A stretch of DNA of 63,676 nucleotides, counting the filler, from Chiloscyllium plagiosum (taxonomy: Eukaryota): assembly GCF_004010195.1 (NCBI RefSeq). It is 3 parts of one record of this genome, joined end to end, with 100 filler letters (N's around TTAATTAATTAA, not from the genome) between each part and the next. Parts side by side here need not be neighbours in the genome. Positions count along the whole stretch, not along the records: positions 27,434 to 55,437 come from NC_057710.1; positions 55,538 to 63,676 come from NC_057710.1; 1 more part is not named here. One strand, given 5' to 3'. This document shows, one piece after another, positions 50,606 through 61,910 of the stretch; the stretch's first letter is position 1; every line of letters starts with the position of its first letter. Below the pieces are notes generated by a model. That model was given only the letters and a program-made list of their open reading frames with translations, did no database searches and was not told the origin of the DNA. A program made the translations under genes and the position numbers.

Positions 50606-52810
50606 GGCAATTAGGGACAAATACTGGCTTAACCAGTGACACCCACATCCTGTCTGTAAATGAATTTTTAAAAAAGTTTGAATTTATCTGGACAACTGGT
50701 CCAGCAGTCTGATAGCAAAGTGATTTTGAGCAGATTATTACTCAACAGCAGAGCTGCATTTATCTCAAAGGTCTTTTGTTTTGTCTTCAGGAGTTTTTGA
50801 AACAACAACAAATTATCTTCAATTATTTCAGTGGCACCACTGCCAAATGCATTAAAAATTTAATTAACTCAATTCACAACACAGAAATACACAGTATATT
50901 CAGTGTACTAACCAGCAAAGCCAGCTGCCTTTCAAAGTCATTTGAATTTCAACAAATGTATTCTATAGGTGTCCTCCACAGCTTTGGTATATTCAAGGAA
51001 TTCTATTACATCATTTTGTTACTTTACAATTCTATTGTCTTTTTTTTAAGATTGAGGAATTGTATTTCCACAATCTGGAATGCTGAAGGGGCCAGAATTA
51101 GAGGAATACAGACATGTACAAGCGAGAAGAGAACCCCCCAAACAGGCAATCAGAAATACTTACAGGAGAATGCAAGTGGTGGACTCCAAGGCAGGCATTT
51201 GAACGAAACAATGAAAAGGGCCATCACAGGAAATCTGAGAGAGGAGCAGTCAGAGGAGACCTGCAGGAAATACACAAAGGAAGGAAAAGGATAAACAGGT
51301 CAAGTTTTAAAATAAGTGACATTACAGGAAAACCTAGAGTTGATTAGTGAATAACTGCTGTTGGGAACTCTGTGTATCTAAATAACAAATCTTTTACTTA
51401 TTTAAGACACTCTAGCAGAAGCAAAGGAAAAAAAAAGTGATTTCATTATTTATCTTATTCTCGAGTCATAACATTTGTTGCATTCTAAGGTTATAGTTAG
51501 TAGACTTCATGAGTTGGATATGGCACTACAGACACTGGTACACATCAGGGAAGGGGAAATAGTACGTAGTGATGAAAAGAGATATTAATTTATTCAGTTA
51601 AACTAATTAAAATTAATTAAATAATTTAGTGGTTTTAATAATTTATTAGTTCAGGACACAATAAAGGCATGGACAAGTGCATCAGCTGTAGGTTAAACTA
51701 TAGAAGATCAAAACTGCAAAGTGGTATCATATTGGTAAAGTGGGGGAATGGATTAAACCGTGGCAGATGTAATTCAATGTTCATAGGTCTGTGATAATAT
51801 ATTTTGATAAAATATATTTCAGCAGTAAAAGGCTGTGAATAGTAAGAAACCCAGTGCTGTGGAAAGGAAAAGAGATTTGGCTATATAATAGGTTTAAAAC
51901 AGATAAATTAAAACATTGAAGGAGCAATGAAATTCGCCCTGGTCCCTATTCTTTGCCCACAGTGTCCTGCTAGTTACTGACACTCCTGCCAGAGGAAACA
52001 GTTTCTCACCATCTACCAATACCTCACATAATTTTAAACACCTTTGTTCAGTCTCCCTTTAGATGTCTTTGCCTTAAGAAGGGCAATCCCAAATTGTCTA
52101 GTCCATTCATATAACTGTGAGGGGTTTGATAGGGTAGACAGTGTGGTTGTTTCTCTGGTTGGGAATCTAAGACATCTGCATAAGAGATGGATCATTTAGG
52201 TCGAAGATGAGGATAAATTTCTTCACTTACTTTCTTAATAGGGAGGCTGTGGCTGTTAAGTAGACTATTAATCCAGAAAACAAAAAGAAAAGCTGGAAAT
52301 CACAGCAGGTCAGGCAGCATTCATGGAGAGACAGCTCTTATGAAGAGTCGTCTAGTCTTGAACAAGAGGTCATAGATATGTCCTACAGGGGGATCATCTG
52401 TTCAGTGTCCACCTCAATCTTTCCCCTTTAGCATTTTCCATACCTCAATCATATCCCCCCTCATTCTTCTGAACTCTAGTGAGTACAAGCCCAAGTGCTT
52501 AAACTGCTCTTCATTATCTAAAAGTGTTCTCTCAGATGGGGCATATTGCTACATCATATGTATTTCCACAAATTTCTGCAAGTACAAGAAAATAAAAATA
52601 CATTATTGCTCAGAGATAATAATAGCTGCACATTTGGTTGATTGTGGCCAGAAATCTTTCTCTGTCTCTGCAAGTATGAACAACTCACATTGCAAATGGT
52701 TTCTTAAAGGCTTATGTTAAAATAGCTATCTCTGATGATTGACATTCACAAATGTCAATCATCTCCCAGCTTTTCTGAGCATTGGCGAATCCACACATGG
52801 CAGAGTTGGA

Positions 52811-53118
52811 ACACCTGATGCAGGGTCAAGATTAGAGTGGTGCTGGAAAAGCACAGCAGGCCAGGCAGCATCCGAGGAACAGGAAAATCGACCTTTTGGG
52901 CAGAAGCCCTTCATCAGGAATGAGGCTGGAGCCTTCGGGGTGGAGAGGGCACCTGGAGGCTCCCAGCCTCATTCCTGATGAAGGGCTCCTGCCCAAACCA
53001 TTGATTTTTCTGCTCCTCTGATGCTGCCTGACCTGCTGTGCTTTTCCAGCACCACTCTAATCTTGACTGTGATCTCCAGCGTCTGCAGTCCTCACTTACA
53101 CCACATCTGATGCAGGGT
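52811..53118. mobile_element. Fold-back (palindromic) PLE terminal-repeat insertion with 16-bp TSD
   Basis: Inverted arms of ~115-120 bp span 52825-53067. TSD ACACCTGATGCAGGGT (52811-52826) and ACATCTGATGCAGGGT (53103-53118). Confidence 0.85.
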
Positions 53119-53684
53119 TCACCAACAGGTACCAATCAAGCAGCCAGGCATTGAGACTCCCAGATTATGAAGCAAGGTGTTGCTGGTGTTGAGATGTTCC
53201 TGCAGGTTTTTGCCTCACTGGTAGCCAGTGTCAGTAAACAAAAAATAAAACTTCTAAAGGAGATCATGATTATGATTTTTGGCCCTCAGTCTTTGCCTGC
53301 TCTTTCTAGGCTCTGCTCTGAATCATTCCCACAGGCTCTGCCAACATCCATGCATCATCCCCACCACATACCCATTACATTCCCATCCAACTTCCTGGAG
53401 TCACTTGGCTACTCTGATGCTGCTCCTCTGGCTTCTGCAACTGACTGAGCATGATGGAGAGAACAAAGTGGCTGGAAGTGTGCACATCAGGATGAATGAC
53501 CGAGTGAGACATGAATTATCGTGAGGGTGAGTGGCTGCATAAGTGATGGTGAGCTATGCCCCCAGTTCATAGAGTGCCAGTCACTGGTAACCACAACCAG
53601 CAACAGCCAAGTTCGTTCAAACCTGTAGTTAATTCTATCACGAATTACTGCTCCTCCGGTATCTGCATGTAAGACCAACTAAGT

Positions 53685-54190
53685 AAAAACCTAAAGAACT
53701 GTGGATGCTGTAAATCAGAAATAAAAACAGAAGTTGCTAGAAAAGCTCAGCAGGTCTGGCAGCACCTGTGAAGAAAAATCAAAGTTAACGTTTTGGGTCT
53801 GGTGACCCTTCCTCAGAACTGAAGTATGGTAAATGCAGGTAGACATTATTACTGATGCCACCTGATTTTTCCTTCTGGATGAAGAGGTTGAGAGTGAGAC
53901 TACCTAATTAAAGTGATTGACAAATCTGAGGAAATGCAAGGAAAAACTGAGAGTATATTTTAAAAACAAGAACAAATAAAAACCCAAAGAACTGCAGATA
54001 CTGGAAATGAGATACACAGACAGAAATTATTGGAAAAACTCAGCTAGGATCTGAATCCCAATCAGTTCTGAAGAAGAGTCCCTGGAATCAAAACATTAAA
54101 TTCTGCTTTCTCTCCACAAATGCTGTCAGACCTGCTGAGTTATTCCAGCAATATCTGTTTATTATTGAAACAGAAATTGCAGTTCTCTCT
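53685..54190. mobile_element. Two PLE family-3 terminal remnants (53685-53822; fold-back copy ~53978-54190)
   Basis: Shared head AAAGAACTG(T/C)(G/A)GAT(G/A)CTG...CAGAA(G/A)TT...GAAAA.CTCAGC. Hammerhead-like cores at 53783-53820 (minus) and ~54064-54098 (plus). Confidence 0.65.
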
Positions 54191-54757
54191 AGAGAACTCA
54201 GTAACTATATTTAGAGGCAAGGATTATAGGGCTACAGGGAAAAGAGAGAATGGGGATGGTGTGGAGCTTACTGCTCTGTCTTAAAGTTGCACAAACACAA
54301 TAAGTCACATGGCAATCTTTTGCATTGGTAAACCAATCTGTGATTAATGACCAGTGAGTCATAGAACCATAGAGTATTACGGCAAGAAAACAACTAATCT
54401 GTGCCAATGAGATTCCTAAACTGATCTCGTCCCATTTGCCAACATTTAGCCCATATCATTTCTAAACTCCTCCTATTCATGTACCCATCCTGACACTTTT
54501 TAAAAGTTATGATGGAATTGTATACAATATAACAATAGTGGGACACACAGTTCTGGTTACTACACTGCAGAAAGGATGTGATTCCAGATTCAACAGGATG
54601 CTGCCTGGACTATAGCGATTCAATTACGAAGAGAGAATAGATTGGTTGCTGTTCTTTTCATTAAACTGCAAAGTCTGAGGGTGGAAACTGATAGGGGTGA
54701 ACAAAATTAAAAATCACACAACACCAGGTTATAGTCCAACAGGTTTAATTGGAAGCA

Positions 54758-54792
54758 CACTAGCTTTCGGAGCGACGCTCCTTCATCAGGTG
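54758..54792 (-). ncRNA. Intact minimal hammerhead ribozyme motif (PLE family 2)
   Basis: CAC-CTGATGA-A-GGAGC(GTC)GCTCC-GAAA-GCTA-GTG: stem I CAC/GTG, 5-bp stem II, palindromic AGCT stem III and CUA cleavage triplet. It lies in a family-2 element at ~54708-55000. Confidence 0.75.
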
Positions 54793-55058
54793 GTAGTGGA
54801 GGGCTCAATCCTAACACACAGAATTTTGTAGCAAAAATTTACAGTGCGATGTAACTGAAATTATACATTGAAAAATTGATTGTCTGTTTAGCCTTTCATC
54901 TGTTAGAATACAGTAATAGTTTCACTTCTTTCATGTGTAAATCACAAAACCTTTTTTTAAAAAAGTTGCATTCTCGGGTTAGCTGTTAACAATGGTGATA
55001 GAAACGTCGATTTTGCCTGTCCTCGGATGCTGCCTGAATTGCTGTGCTCTTCCAGCAC

Positions 55059-55338
55059 CACTGATCCAGAATCTGGTTTCCAACATCTGCAGTCATTCTT
55101 TTTACCAATATGTTGAAGGTGTTGGCCCTCTGTGTTCTCTGGATTAGTGGTGCTGGAAGAGCACAGCAGTTCAGGCAGCATCCGAGGAGCAGTAAAATCA
55201 CTGATCCAGAATCTGGTTTCCAACATCTGCAGTCATTCTTTTTACCAATATGTTGAAGGTGTTGGCCCTCTGTGTTCTCTGGATTAGTGGTGCTGGAAGA
55301 GCACAGCAGTTCAGGCAGCATCCGAGGAGCAGTAAAAT
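55059..55338 (+). repeat. Exact 140-bp tandem duplication made of oppositely oriented PLE terminal pieces
   Basis: 55059-55198 is identical to 55199-55338. Confidence 0.85.
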
Positions 55339-55369
55339 CGACGTTTCGGGCAAAAGCCCTTCATCAGGA
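55338..55369 (-). ncRNA. Intact minimal hammerhead ribozyme motif (PLE family 1)
   Basis: TC-CTGATGA-A-GGGC(TTTT)GCCC-GAAA-CGTC-GA on the minus strand. Confidence 0.75.
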
Positions 55370-55437
55370 ATAAAGGCAGAGAGCCTGAAGGGTGGAGAGA
55401 TAAGCTAGAGGAGAGTGGGGGTGGGGAGAAAGTAGCA

Positions 55438-55537
55438 NNNNNNNNNNNNNNNNNNNNNNNNNNNNNNNNNNNNNNNNNNNNTTAATTAATTAANNNNNNN
55501 NNNNNNNNNNNNNNNNNNNNNNNNNNNNNNNNNNNNN
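55438..55537. other. 100-nt assembly gap with TTAATTAATTAA linker (55482-55493)
   Basis: Same artificial structure as 27334-27433. Confidence 0.95.
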
Positions 55538-56103
55538 ACCTCCTTAGTCACCTTCTCAAGGAATTGAATAAGGTTTGTGAGGCACGACCTGCCCTTCACA
55601 AAACTATGCTGACTATCCTTGATCAAATTATTCCTATCCAGATGTTCATAAATCCTATCCCTTACAATTTTCTCTAAGACTTTGCCCACATCAGACGTGA
55701 GACTCACCGGCCTATAGTTACTAGGGTTATCCCTACTCCCCTTCTTGAATAAGGGAACCACATTTGCTATCCTCCAGTCTTCTGGCACTATTCCTGTAGA
55801 CAACGAGGACAAAAAAATCAAGGCCAATGGCTCAAGGATAAATGCCATCAGGCCCAGGGGACTTATCTACTTTCACCCTTTCCAGAATTTCCAACACCTC
55901 TTCCCTACATACCTCAAAGCCATCCATTCTAATTAATTGTGACTCAGTATTCACATCGGCAACAATGTCCTGTTCCTGAGTGAATACTAACGAAAAGTAT
56001 TCATTCAGTGTCTCCCCAATCTCTTCAGCCTCCACACGCAACTTCCCACTACTATCCTTGACTGGACCTATTCCTACCCAAGTCATTCTTTTATTCCTGA
56101 CAT
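55538..56103 (-). mobile_element. Young CR1/HER1 RT N-terminal fragment (frameshifted)
   Basis: LNEYFSLVFT, KSPGPDGIYP, VPEDWRIANVVPLFKKG...NYRPVSLTS...SQHSFVKGRSCLTNL. Confidence 0.93.
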
Positions 56104-56442
56104 AAAATCATGAGGGATTATAGATGGGGGTATTTTCCTTAAGATGGGTGATGTTTCAAAAATAAGCGGCATATTTTTAATGTGAGAGGAGAGAAATTTA
56201 AAAATGACATAAGGAGTAAATGTTTTACACAGAGGGAGTTCACATGCGGAATGAACTTCCTGAGGAAGTGGTGAATGTGGGTATAATTACAATATTGAAA
56301 AGACACTTAGATAAGTGCATGAGTAGGAAAGGCTTGGGGGGATATGGGGCAAGCACAAGCAAGTGGGACTAGTTTAGTTTGGGAACATGGTCAGCACAGA
56401 CTAGTTGGACGGAAGGGTCTGTTTCCCTGCTGTATGACTGTA
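56104..56442 (+). mobile_element. CR1/HER1 3' end
   Basis: KIMR...VRGEKFK...FTQR...NELP motifs and tail GAAGGGTCTGTTTCCCTGCTGTATGAC. Confidence 0.85.
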
Positions 56443-56852
56443 TGTGCTTTTTGTGTGATCGTGTCAATCCTATCGTGAATGATGAGCAGACCAACTTGCA
56501 ACTGCAAAGCTATTATAGGAGGACTCAACCATGCATGCCCCTAGAGATGGAATAGACTTGTACATGAATAGGTGTTACATTTCTTAAAAAAATGTAGTGA
56601 AAGAAAACCAGTTTTTATTTTTTTCCGATATGAAAATGATTGTCCAAACTTCTGTAAAGCCTGATTCAGTTCAAAATCCAACTGGGCTTGTTGCATTTCT
56701 CACTTTTAGCTGTGACATTGCACATTTAACAACAAGGTTTGGGCATGTTCAGATACTTGTTCTCAACTCCAGGGTTGCTACTTGTGGTTCTCAGGCATCA
56801 TTGGGCCTCACTGCCTGCTTCTTTGAAGTGGTAACTAGCCCTTGGTGGTTAT

Positions 56853-57149
56853 AGATTAGATTACATTACAATGTGGAAACAGGCCCTTCGGCAACAAGTC
56901 CACACCGACCCGCCGAAGCGCAACCCACCCATACCCCTACATTTACCTCTTACCTAACACTACGGGCAATTTAGCATGGCCAATTCACCTGACCTGCACA
57001 TCTTTGGATTGTGGGAGGAAACCGGAGCACCAGGAGGAAACCCACGCAGACACGGGGAGAATGTGCAAACTCCACACAGTCAGTCGCCTGAGGCGGGAAT
57101 TGAACCCGGGTCTCTGGCGCTGTGAGGCAGCAGTGCCACCGTGCCGCCC
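56853..57149 (-). mobile_element. Young HE1 V-SINE
   Basis: Nearly identical to 47563-47871, with a small deletion in the tRNA head. Confidence 0.9.
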
Positions 57150-60100
57150 ACAAATAAAAATGAAAGATAAGCACGTATCTTGAGTGCAGCAGAAAACAAC
57201 GTTTTTTTAATATCAGTTTGGATAATGAGATTTTCTTTCAAAGCCAGACCAAAAATCTCCCTTCTGCTTTGTCACATTCATCATTTTATTCTACAATTTG
57301 CAAACACCCTTATCTCATGCAAATCAACAGGTCTAACTGTCGAATGTATTACAGTGGTGTACCGCAAGTGATAAAATCAACAGCCAAGCATGAGCTGTTC
57401 TGATCACATCACTACTCTTTCTTCATTCTACATGAAAGCCCTCAGTGGATGTTGCATTTTTTTGTTTCTCAGTACAGACAGTCCCTGGGTTGCGAATGGA
57501 TTCTGTTCCTAAGTCTATTTGCCAGGTAATTTGTGTGCAAGTCAGAACACGTTATAGGACAACATGCAACAGGAATTTTTATCTGAAATAATGATCATAT
57601 TTCAGATATTTAAAATTACATCCTTGTATGGGGTTGCATTCGTAAATCAGGGACTCCCTGTATAAGAATTACTGCCTGGTCTTTCCTACAACATTGGCAT
57701 TGTGGATATAGATGGTACCCTTCATGGCATTGATAACTTCCTGGTCCTTCTAATGAGAACCTCCAACATCAAACATGTCGACAAAATGGAAGAGGTTTTT
57801 TTTTGTTGCTGTGATTGCATTTCACTTTCATGAGGGGCAGAGATTACATGCTGGAAATAGCTGTAGCAATCTCCCCAAGCATCCACACAATTAATAATTG
57901 TGAAACAATTCTGGGACGAAAGCTGAGTGGTTCTCGAGTTAATTTCAGGTCTCATCTAATGTTGAACACATTAGATGAACAGGCCCATTGCACTGACATT
58001 TCATGCAGATTCAGAATATTTTAATACATATGTGAGGGAAATATTAGACAACTGGTATTGTGGGCAAAATTAATGTCCATAGCACTAATAACTTCAAGTT
58101 CCTGAAAGTGCACACACAATTCAACAAATCCCCAACTCCTTCCCCCAAAAATCAAGCATTTGGCTTCAAAAAGGGGACCAAGCATCCAACTTGCACAGGG
58201 CATGAACTTGAAGTATTTTTGCTAAGGTAATGCCTAATGTGCCTTGTTTCTGGAGATGCTGCCATGAGTTTTTGTACTTGGCCAGAATTATTGTTGCTTC
58301 CTCACAGACTGTCTTTAAAAACAGAAAGTTGCACCATTTGGTATCATAATACTGCTTGACTCTCTGATGAGTGCAGAGACATGCAGTAACACAGGAGCTG
58401 TTTAGTAGGTAGATTTATTAAACCCTTTTCAGATACCTCCCCAATTTTGCTTTGCAATTAGCAAAAAAAAAGTAAAGACTTCCTCCAAAGTGCAAAAAAA
58501 AAATCATTAGACAGTTTGTAAGGTAACTAAGGATGGACAATAAATCTTAATATGTATGAATGTGTGAACAAGGTGAAGGAGTAGGCCGCTTTGTACCTTG
58601 AGCATGCTCTGCCGTTTCATAAGATCGTAGCTGATCAGATCACTCCACACTTCTACCTACTCTCCGAAAACCCCTCACCTACCTGCTGATCAAAAATCTA
58701 TCCCACCACCTTTCCAGAGTTCAAAAGATGCTCATGACCTAATATAAGAAAATAACTTTCCTGTCCATCTTAAATGGGTGACTCGTTATTTTTAAACTAT
58801 GACTCCCCAAACTCTAGATTTTCCCACAGGAAGTAGTGTCCCTTCTACATCCACCCTGTCCAGACCCCTCAACAACGTGTTTTACAATATCGGCCCAGCC
58901 TGTTCAATCTCCAGGTTGTTTCAGAGAGTTACCCAAAGTCCAAGAGCAAACGATAATGAAGAGAGCAAGGAGTCAAAGGCTTTTAATCTAGGGGGCATTG
59001 GGATCGGAAAGAATCAATAATGTGATGGAATGGTGTTATAAAACATTCACTAGACAGTGCCATTGAAAATTCAGAATGTTTGAGGTGATGTGTACCTAGC
59101 AAAAGCAAATTGTTCCTAACCAAATCACAATGAAAACTGCCACATCCAGCCTGGTGAATTAAATCAAGGGTAATTCATCACACATTGTTAAGGGAATTAT
59201 TTTACTGAAACAGTCTTGTCATGAGTAAACATAACTGCACAAATTCTGTTTCAAATTATAATGTGGACGGAACTTATCTATAATTCATAACTTGGATTCG
59301 TTTTGATAGTATCTTGCTCCGGTACACTTATTAGCCAAAAATAACAGCAGTAAAGAGTGTAGAGAGACAGCTGTGTATCTGATACTGAGGCAGGAAATGT
59401 TATGTCGATTATGTCCAACTCAGATGCCACTGGAAGCGTGTTCGGTAAATGTTATTCTGTTGAGACTACAAAACGATGGCAATCATTCTGACTTCTTTTA
59501 AACTGTAACCATGCAAAGCATTAATGTAACATTCTAATAAAGGTCTAGGCAGAACCATATCTCTGATTCGTATTCAGGTTGAGATCCCAACAAACTGCAC
59601 TTTAGCCCTTCGTAATCATTCATTAAAAGGAAGTTGCTTGAAGTTTCGTGTTAAAGGGATAAGAGAGGAAAATATTCTCAGCACTTAAAAATGTTCCAGA
59701 AATATTAGAAGTATTACATGTCTCCACTGTTTTCTGGATCAGACCAAGGAAGAACTTGTTACCCAATGATTGTAACAGGAAGAGTAATGCTGTCATGTCC
59801 ATTTGATCAGAATTAAGAATGCAGCAACTCTTTCCAGCAAGTGAGTAAGATTGACTCCATAAAGAAGCTGTAAAATGTCTTTTCTATCACAAATGATCAT
59901 GCTGCCTCTGTGTACTAGAGCTCATTTGCCACAGGGCATGATTCTCTCCTCCATGAAGCAGTAAGATAATGGTGAGTGTGATGACTTAACCGAGTGAGAG
60001 TCCAAATCATGAGATTTTCACTGTTGAGGTAAACCTTTACAATTACGTCATCCTCCTGTGGTTGCTGAGATACATTTCTCGCTATCAGTTGGTAAGTAGC

Positions 60101-61910
60101 CTTTATGCACATATTTAGATTTCATCAATTACACAATTTGGCAGCATTAACTTCCCCATTCCAATTAATGTATGCTCACTCAAAATACTCAATGCTTCAG
60201 AAACTCAATTGCCTAAACCCAGCATGTACCTGGCAATTTTGCTCTTCAGTCTCCAGTTTGGGTGAGTGCACAGCTCTGGCTGCCTATGCTGAAACCATCT
60301 CAATGATCCTTGTGGTCACTTTCACTACCACCTCCACAACTGCAGTAGACCCTTCATGGGGACAAAGGCAGCATCTATCCCTGGCCCATCACTGCACCCA
60401 GCTGGAGAACAGCAACATGCCATATTCAGCTTGACAGGGGACACCTTAACAGTAGTGTCAGACAGCAACTCTTTCATGGGAATGGCAATTTATCACAAAA
60501 GGCAAGGCAGGAGCATGTGACTGTAGGAGACAGCAGAGTGTCAATGTGAAAAAGAGAAAGATATGTCACTGTGCAGTACAGGGCTGCATCAACGTAGAGG
60601 TGGTGCATGTGCCTGCAGCTCACCCCGTAAACAGAGCATGGCAATGTGTGAAAGGGAGGCAAGAGGCTAAGGAGGGAAATTCCAGTCAGTCAGAAGATAC
60701 TGCTATAGTTGGTCCAGAGGTTTCTAGTCTCGAGGTCAGGGAGGATTGTCCAAGGTCAGTCAGACACTTGGCCCGAAGCAAGTCGGGATCAGGTCCATTT
60801 CAGTCAGTTGATGGGCCATGGTCAGTCCTGGAAGAAAAACAAAATAAATCAGTAAAATGTTATTGTGCATCTCTACAGTTGGTTTTAGACTGCATCTCTA
60901 GCTCCTGCCGCTGGGTCACCTGACTCACTCTGTTAAATGTGAATTCACACCAACTGCACATGTGACAGGCCTTTCAGTTGGTCAGTCCTGGGAATGGGCC
61001 ATGGTCAATGAGTTGGGATGAGGGGGTGGTGAAGTCTATTTGAATTGTACATAATCCTGGGGGTTGAGGATGCAGGTGGTGTTTATGATTTGTCCACAGC
61101 ATCATCAAGGCTGTGGGCAGCTAGGGTCTGGAGATTAATCTGGTTGTATTCATCAACTTAGGGAATGCCTATAGTCACAGGAGGCAATTAAAGATGGTAG
61201 GGTGGGATCCAGTGGGGTTGGGGAGGGAGGTCTTGAGCAGGGGTTCAAGGCTTCAGAGGGCATAGGGCCAAAAAAGGCATCAGCACTTTGCTTGGACTCA
61301 ATGCATAGAACTGCAATGAAGTGAGGGGAAGGGATTGGGGAGAGGATGATGACAGGAAACAGGGATCTGATCCAGGAGGGAAGTTAACAATGGGGGAGAT
61401 ATCATGGGTCACAGAGGAAGCCTGCAACTCAGTGCAGTGAACACAAACACTAAAGGTTCGCCAAATTGATCTGAAAACCAACTTGGCAAGGTTTCCACTT
61501 TGAGAAAGCAGTGCCTGAAGTTGGAGGAGGAAGGAGCGGTTTCTTTGAAAGGGATGGGGTTCAGGGTTAATAAGAGTCAAGGGCTACTCCTGTCATCAGG
61601 AGCCCAGTGAATATACACTGCAATCTGCCTGCCGTCATTTCACACTCAATCAAAATATTGATGTATCTCATAGCAACCTTGGTGAACTAAGAAGAGCTGG
61701 AGGCAAAGTCACCACTCGCCTGGGCTGCTGAATGGGATTGCTCCAAGTGTTATCCTATTGTGATTGAGGGCTGCTCCAAAACAAACTGACACCAACACGT
61801 TGTGGCATTGGTTAGTCATTAACTCCTCCCCAGAATTTGATCTGAAGGTACATTGGATGCTCACAGACTTCTGGGATAAAAGATTGCACCAGCTGCAAGA
61901 CAGAGAGAAT

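Noticed and set aside
50776..51347. 172-aa plus-strand ORF with an acceptor-like site at ~51050
   Set aside because: No recognisable domain. The purine-rich tract followed by AT-rich TAATTAA runs looks more like a decayed LINE 5' region.
55538..56442. Twin-priming 5' inversion of one CR1 (minus RT joined to a plus 3' end)
   Set aside because: The geometry fits, but the plus piece could equally continue the CR1 at ~54540-54705. The gap hides the other end and any TSD.
60200..61900. Possible Harbinger transposase/Myb remnants (VQGCI..., ...WQCVK) and a minus-strand acceptor at ~60829
   Set aside because: The similarity is too weak to call by eye, and no credible coding exon follows the acceptor.
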